Below, piece after piece: positions 33,954 through 36,462 of a stretch of DNA of 36,462 nt. The stretch covers positions 1-36,462 of the IMG/VR virus record IMGVR_UViG_3300032282_003039. One strand, written 5' to 3'. The number at the start of each line of letters is the position of its first letter. The first letter of the stretch is position 1. A model generated the notes under the pieces. The model saw nothing but the letters and a program-made list of their open reading frames with translations, had not been told where the DNA came from and did not search any database. The position numbers and the translations under genes were made by a program. The DNA comes from an uncultured virus (IMG/VR IMGVR_UViG_3300032282_003039).

Positions 33954-35549
33954 ATGGCAGCATCGGGTTATACACCAATACAGCTATACCATAGCGCTAC
34001 GTCGGGCGTGTTGCCCGTTGCTGGCAATTTAATTGATGGTGAGTTGGCAATCAACATCGCCGACGGCACACTTTACTATAAAAATAGTTCGGGGGTTGTC
34101 ACCATATTGGGCGGTATCTCAGGCTACTCTGGCATCTCTGGGTTTTCTGGTATCTCGGGCTACTCTGGCATCTCTGGGTTTTCTGGTATTAGTGGCTACT
34201 CTGGAAGTGGCGTAAGCGGCTACTCTGGATTTAGTGGCACATCAGGATTTAGTGGCACGTCTGGTTTTAGCGGGACATCAGGATTTAGTGGCTTTAGCGG
34301 CATCAGTGGCTTTAGTGGTGATTCGGGCTTTAGTGGCATCTCTGGTTTTAGTGGCATCTCAGGATACAGCGGCGGCACAGGATCAAACGGCGCCTCTGGA
34401 TTTTCAGGATACAGCGGCGGCACAGGATCAAACGGCGCGTCTGGATTTTCTGGTTACAGCGGCGGCACAGGATCAAACGGCGCCTCTGGATTTTCTGGTT
34501 ACAGTGGATCGGGCGTGTCTGGCTACAGTGGCTACAGCGGACGATCGGGGTACAGTGGTGCAACGGGTGGTGTAGGAACCTCTGGCTTTAGTGGAACTAG
34601 TGGGTACAGTGGTGTAGATGGCATATCTGGTTACAGCGGTATATCTGGATTTTCTGGTTACAGTGGATCGGGCGTGTCTGGCTACAGTGGCTACAGCGGA
34701 CGATCGGGGTACAGCGGATCTGGCACATCAGGATACAGCGGCACATCAGGATACAGCGGCACAAACGTAGCCTACCCAGGCGCTGGTATTCCCGTGTCTA
34801 CGGGAAGTGCGTGGAGCACATCGTTTAATAACTCAAGCAATCCAGTCTCGGTGTTCTACGGCGGTATTGGACTCACGTCGGTATCGGCTGGTCGTGTATT
34901 GTTTGGTAACAACAGCACGGCACTGGGCACCAGTGCAAACTTGTTCTGGGATAATAGTAACGTTAGGTTAGGCGTTGGATACAATGCACCGTCAACCACG
35001 CTCTTTGTGTTAGGTGGCAACTCAACCCAGCTCGCACTTGACAATGCCGGTGAACAAAACACGACGGCGTACTGGCTTAATAACGGCGTAACTAAGGCGT
35101 ACCAGTACTACGACAACACGAACAGTCTGTTTGTCAGTGGCCCCACGGTGGCGTCAACGTACGCATTTATTACCGACAGCACCATCCGCATGCGCATATC
35201 CTCTACGGGCAATGTGTCAATCGGAAGCTCGTCCACACCAATTAAGTTGTTGGTTAACAGCACCGACGCACTGGGAATACCGTCTGGCACGGTAGCGCAA
35301 CGACCCACTGGCGCGACGGGATACATACGCTATAATACGGACTACGCGCAGTTTGAGGGGTACGACGGCTCGATATGGAACGGAATTGGTGGTGCCTCGG
35401 CACAGGGTGCGGTGTATGAAAATACGCAGAGCATTAACGTTAACTACACCATGTCAACAAACAAAAATGGTCAGAGCGTTGGCCCCATTACCGTAGCATC
35501 GGGCGTAACAGTAACTATTCCCAGCGGCAGCCGTTGGGTTGTCTTATAA
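33954..35549 (+). other. second SG(Y/F)SG-repeat fibre protein
   Basis: P....L..GELAIN.ADG.LYYK anchor; long S/G repeat tract; RMRI.S.GNV.IG; GT.AQRP...G.IRYN.....FEGY fibre motifs. Confidence 0.8.
34365..34714 (+). repeat. recent nucleotide-level duplications inside the repeat tract
   Basis: Three near-identical 45-nt units (34365, 34410, 34455) and an exact 71-nt duplication, 34485-34555 / 34644-34714. Confidence 0.85.
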
Positions 35550-35558
35550 GGAAAAAAT

Positions 35559-36170
35559 ATGAGTTCAGTCGTAATTTCAGGTGATACATCAGGAACTATA
35601 ACACTAGCAGCCCCAACCGTAGCAGGTACTAATACTATTACGCTTCCTGCTAATACGGGGACAATGGTGACTACAGCAAGTTCAGCAGTAGTTACTCCCA
35701 CTATGCTTTCCCAACCTTTAACTAGTGGTACTGCACAAGCATCCACTAGCGGTACAAGCATTGACTTTACTAGCATCCCTAGCTGGGTAAAGCGAATTAC
35801 TGTAATGTTAAATGGTGTAAGTACAAATAGCACAAGTTATATTTTAGTTCAAGTAGGTTCAGGTACTATTTCAACTTCAGGGTACGCTGGAACTTGCACT
35901 TCAGGGGCTTCGATAGCAACAAACTCAACTGCTGGTTTTATTATTGTGTATAACATAACAGCGGCAGCATTAACTAGCGGTCAAGTTGTTTTAACTACAT
36001 TAGGAAATAATATTTGGGTTGAATCTGGGGTTACCGCTGCACCAACTCTTGCTGGTAATTATTCTGCTGGTTCAGTAACACTTAGTGGTGCATTAGACCG
36101 AGTTCGCATTACCACAGTCAACGGCACAGACACATTTGATGCTGGCTCAATCAACATCTTGTACGAATAA
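35559..36170 (+). CDS. virion fibre/accessory protein
   Basis: MSSVVISGDTSG.ITL.AP.VAG..T.TLP N-terminus; SIDFT.IPSWVKRITV...FDAGSINILYE C-terminal domain. Confidence 0.75.
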   Translation: MSSVVISGDTSGTITLAAPTVAGTNTITLPANTGTMVTTASSAVVTPTMLSQPLTSGTAQASTSGTSIDFTSIPSWVKRITVMLNGVSTNSTSYILVQVGSGTISTSGYAGTCTSGASIATNSTAGFIIVYNITAAALTSGQVVLTTLGNNIWVESGVTAAPTLAGNYSAGSVTLSGALDRVRITTVNGTDTFDAGSINILYE

Positions 36171-36178
36171 GGAATAAT

Positions 36179-36462
36179 ATGGCATACGGAACAGTAAATG
36201 CCGATGTAATCGGTACAAGCGTAGCAGGAAGTAACTTAGGGGCTGGTAACGCTTCTATTATGAAAAACCGCATTATCAATGGTGCGATGGTTATTGACCA
36301 AAGAAATGCTGGTGCTAGTGTTACTCTTTCGGCAGATACTTATACATTAGATAGATGGATTGGCTACGCTTCAGCGGCTAGTAAAATGTCTATTCAACAA
36401 AATGCTGGTTCAGTAACACCGCCAACTGGGTACACTTATTATTTAGGCGCAACATCTTTAAC
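36179..36462 (+). CDS. virion fibre-type protein, partial
   Basis: Manual translation MAYGTVNADVIG...MKNRIINGAMVIDQRNAGASVT...YTLDRW; SD AAGGA; runs off the window end. Confidence 0.75.
   Translation, partial: MAYGTVNADVIGTSVAGSNLGAGNASIMKNRIINGAMVIDQRNAGASVTLSADTYTLDRWIGYASAASKMSIQQNAGSVTPPTGYTYYLGATSL

Noticed and set aside
27420-34760. Collagen triple helix, or diversity-generating retroelement repeats
   Set aside because: No Pro and a broken Gly-X-Y register; no reverse transcriptase and no adenine-specific TR/VR mismatch pattern seen.

Overview
A segment of a tailed dsDNA phage genome (Caudoviricetes), probably podovirus-like and probably infecting a proteobacterium (both inferred), with three parts. 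(1) 1-4340, minus strand, replication module: SNF2-like helicase (partial), HNH nuclease, VRR-NUC nuclease, and a primase fused to an SF3/D5 helicase. (2) About 4530-15750, minus strand, early-gene region: a sigma70-family factor lacking domain 4, a MoxR-type AAA ATPase with a HExxH-VWA partner, a SprT-like protein and many small ORFs. (3) 15931-36462, plus strand, virion module: a free-standing degenerate intein, large terminase, portal, GroES, scaffold, major capsid protein, two Ser-Gly-aromatic repeat fibre proteins flanking three glycosyltransferase ORFs, and more fibre genes. The strongest unexplained signal is in the DNA of the 11-kb early region. It is bracketed by two inverted 120-bp elements with identical internal spacing, carries 22 GTTTAAAC palindromes (none seen elsewhere), appears by eye to lack common 4-bp restriction palindromes, and starts with an array of host-type transcription-factor boxes including perfect NtrC sites. 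A conserved GGCGGA-N15-GCATTAGTA promoter-like motif precedes the virion gene blocks. All motif counts were made by eye and all product calls come from motif recognition, not database searches.
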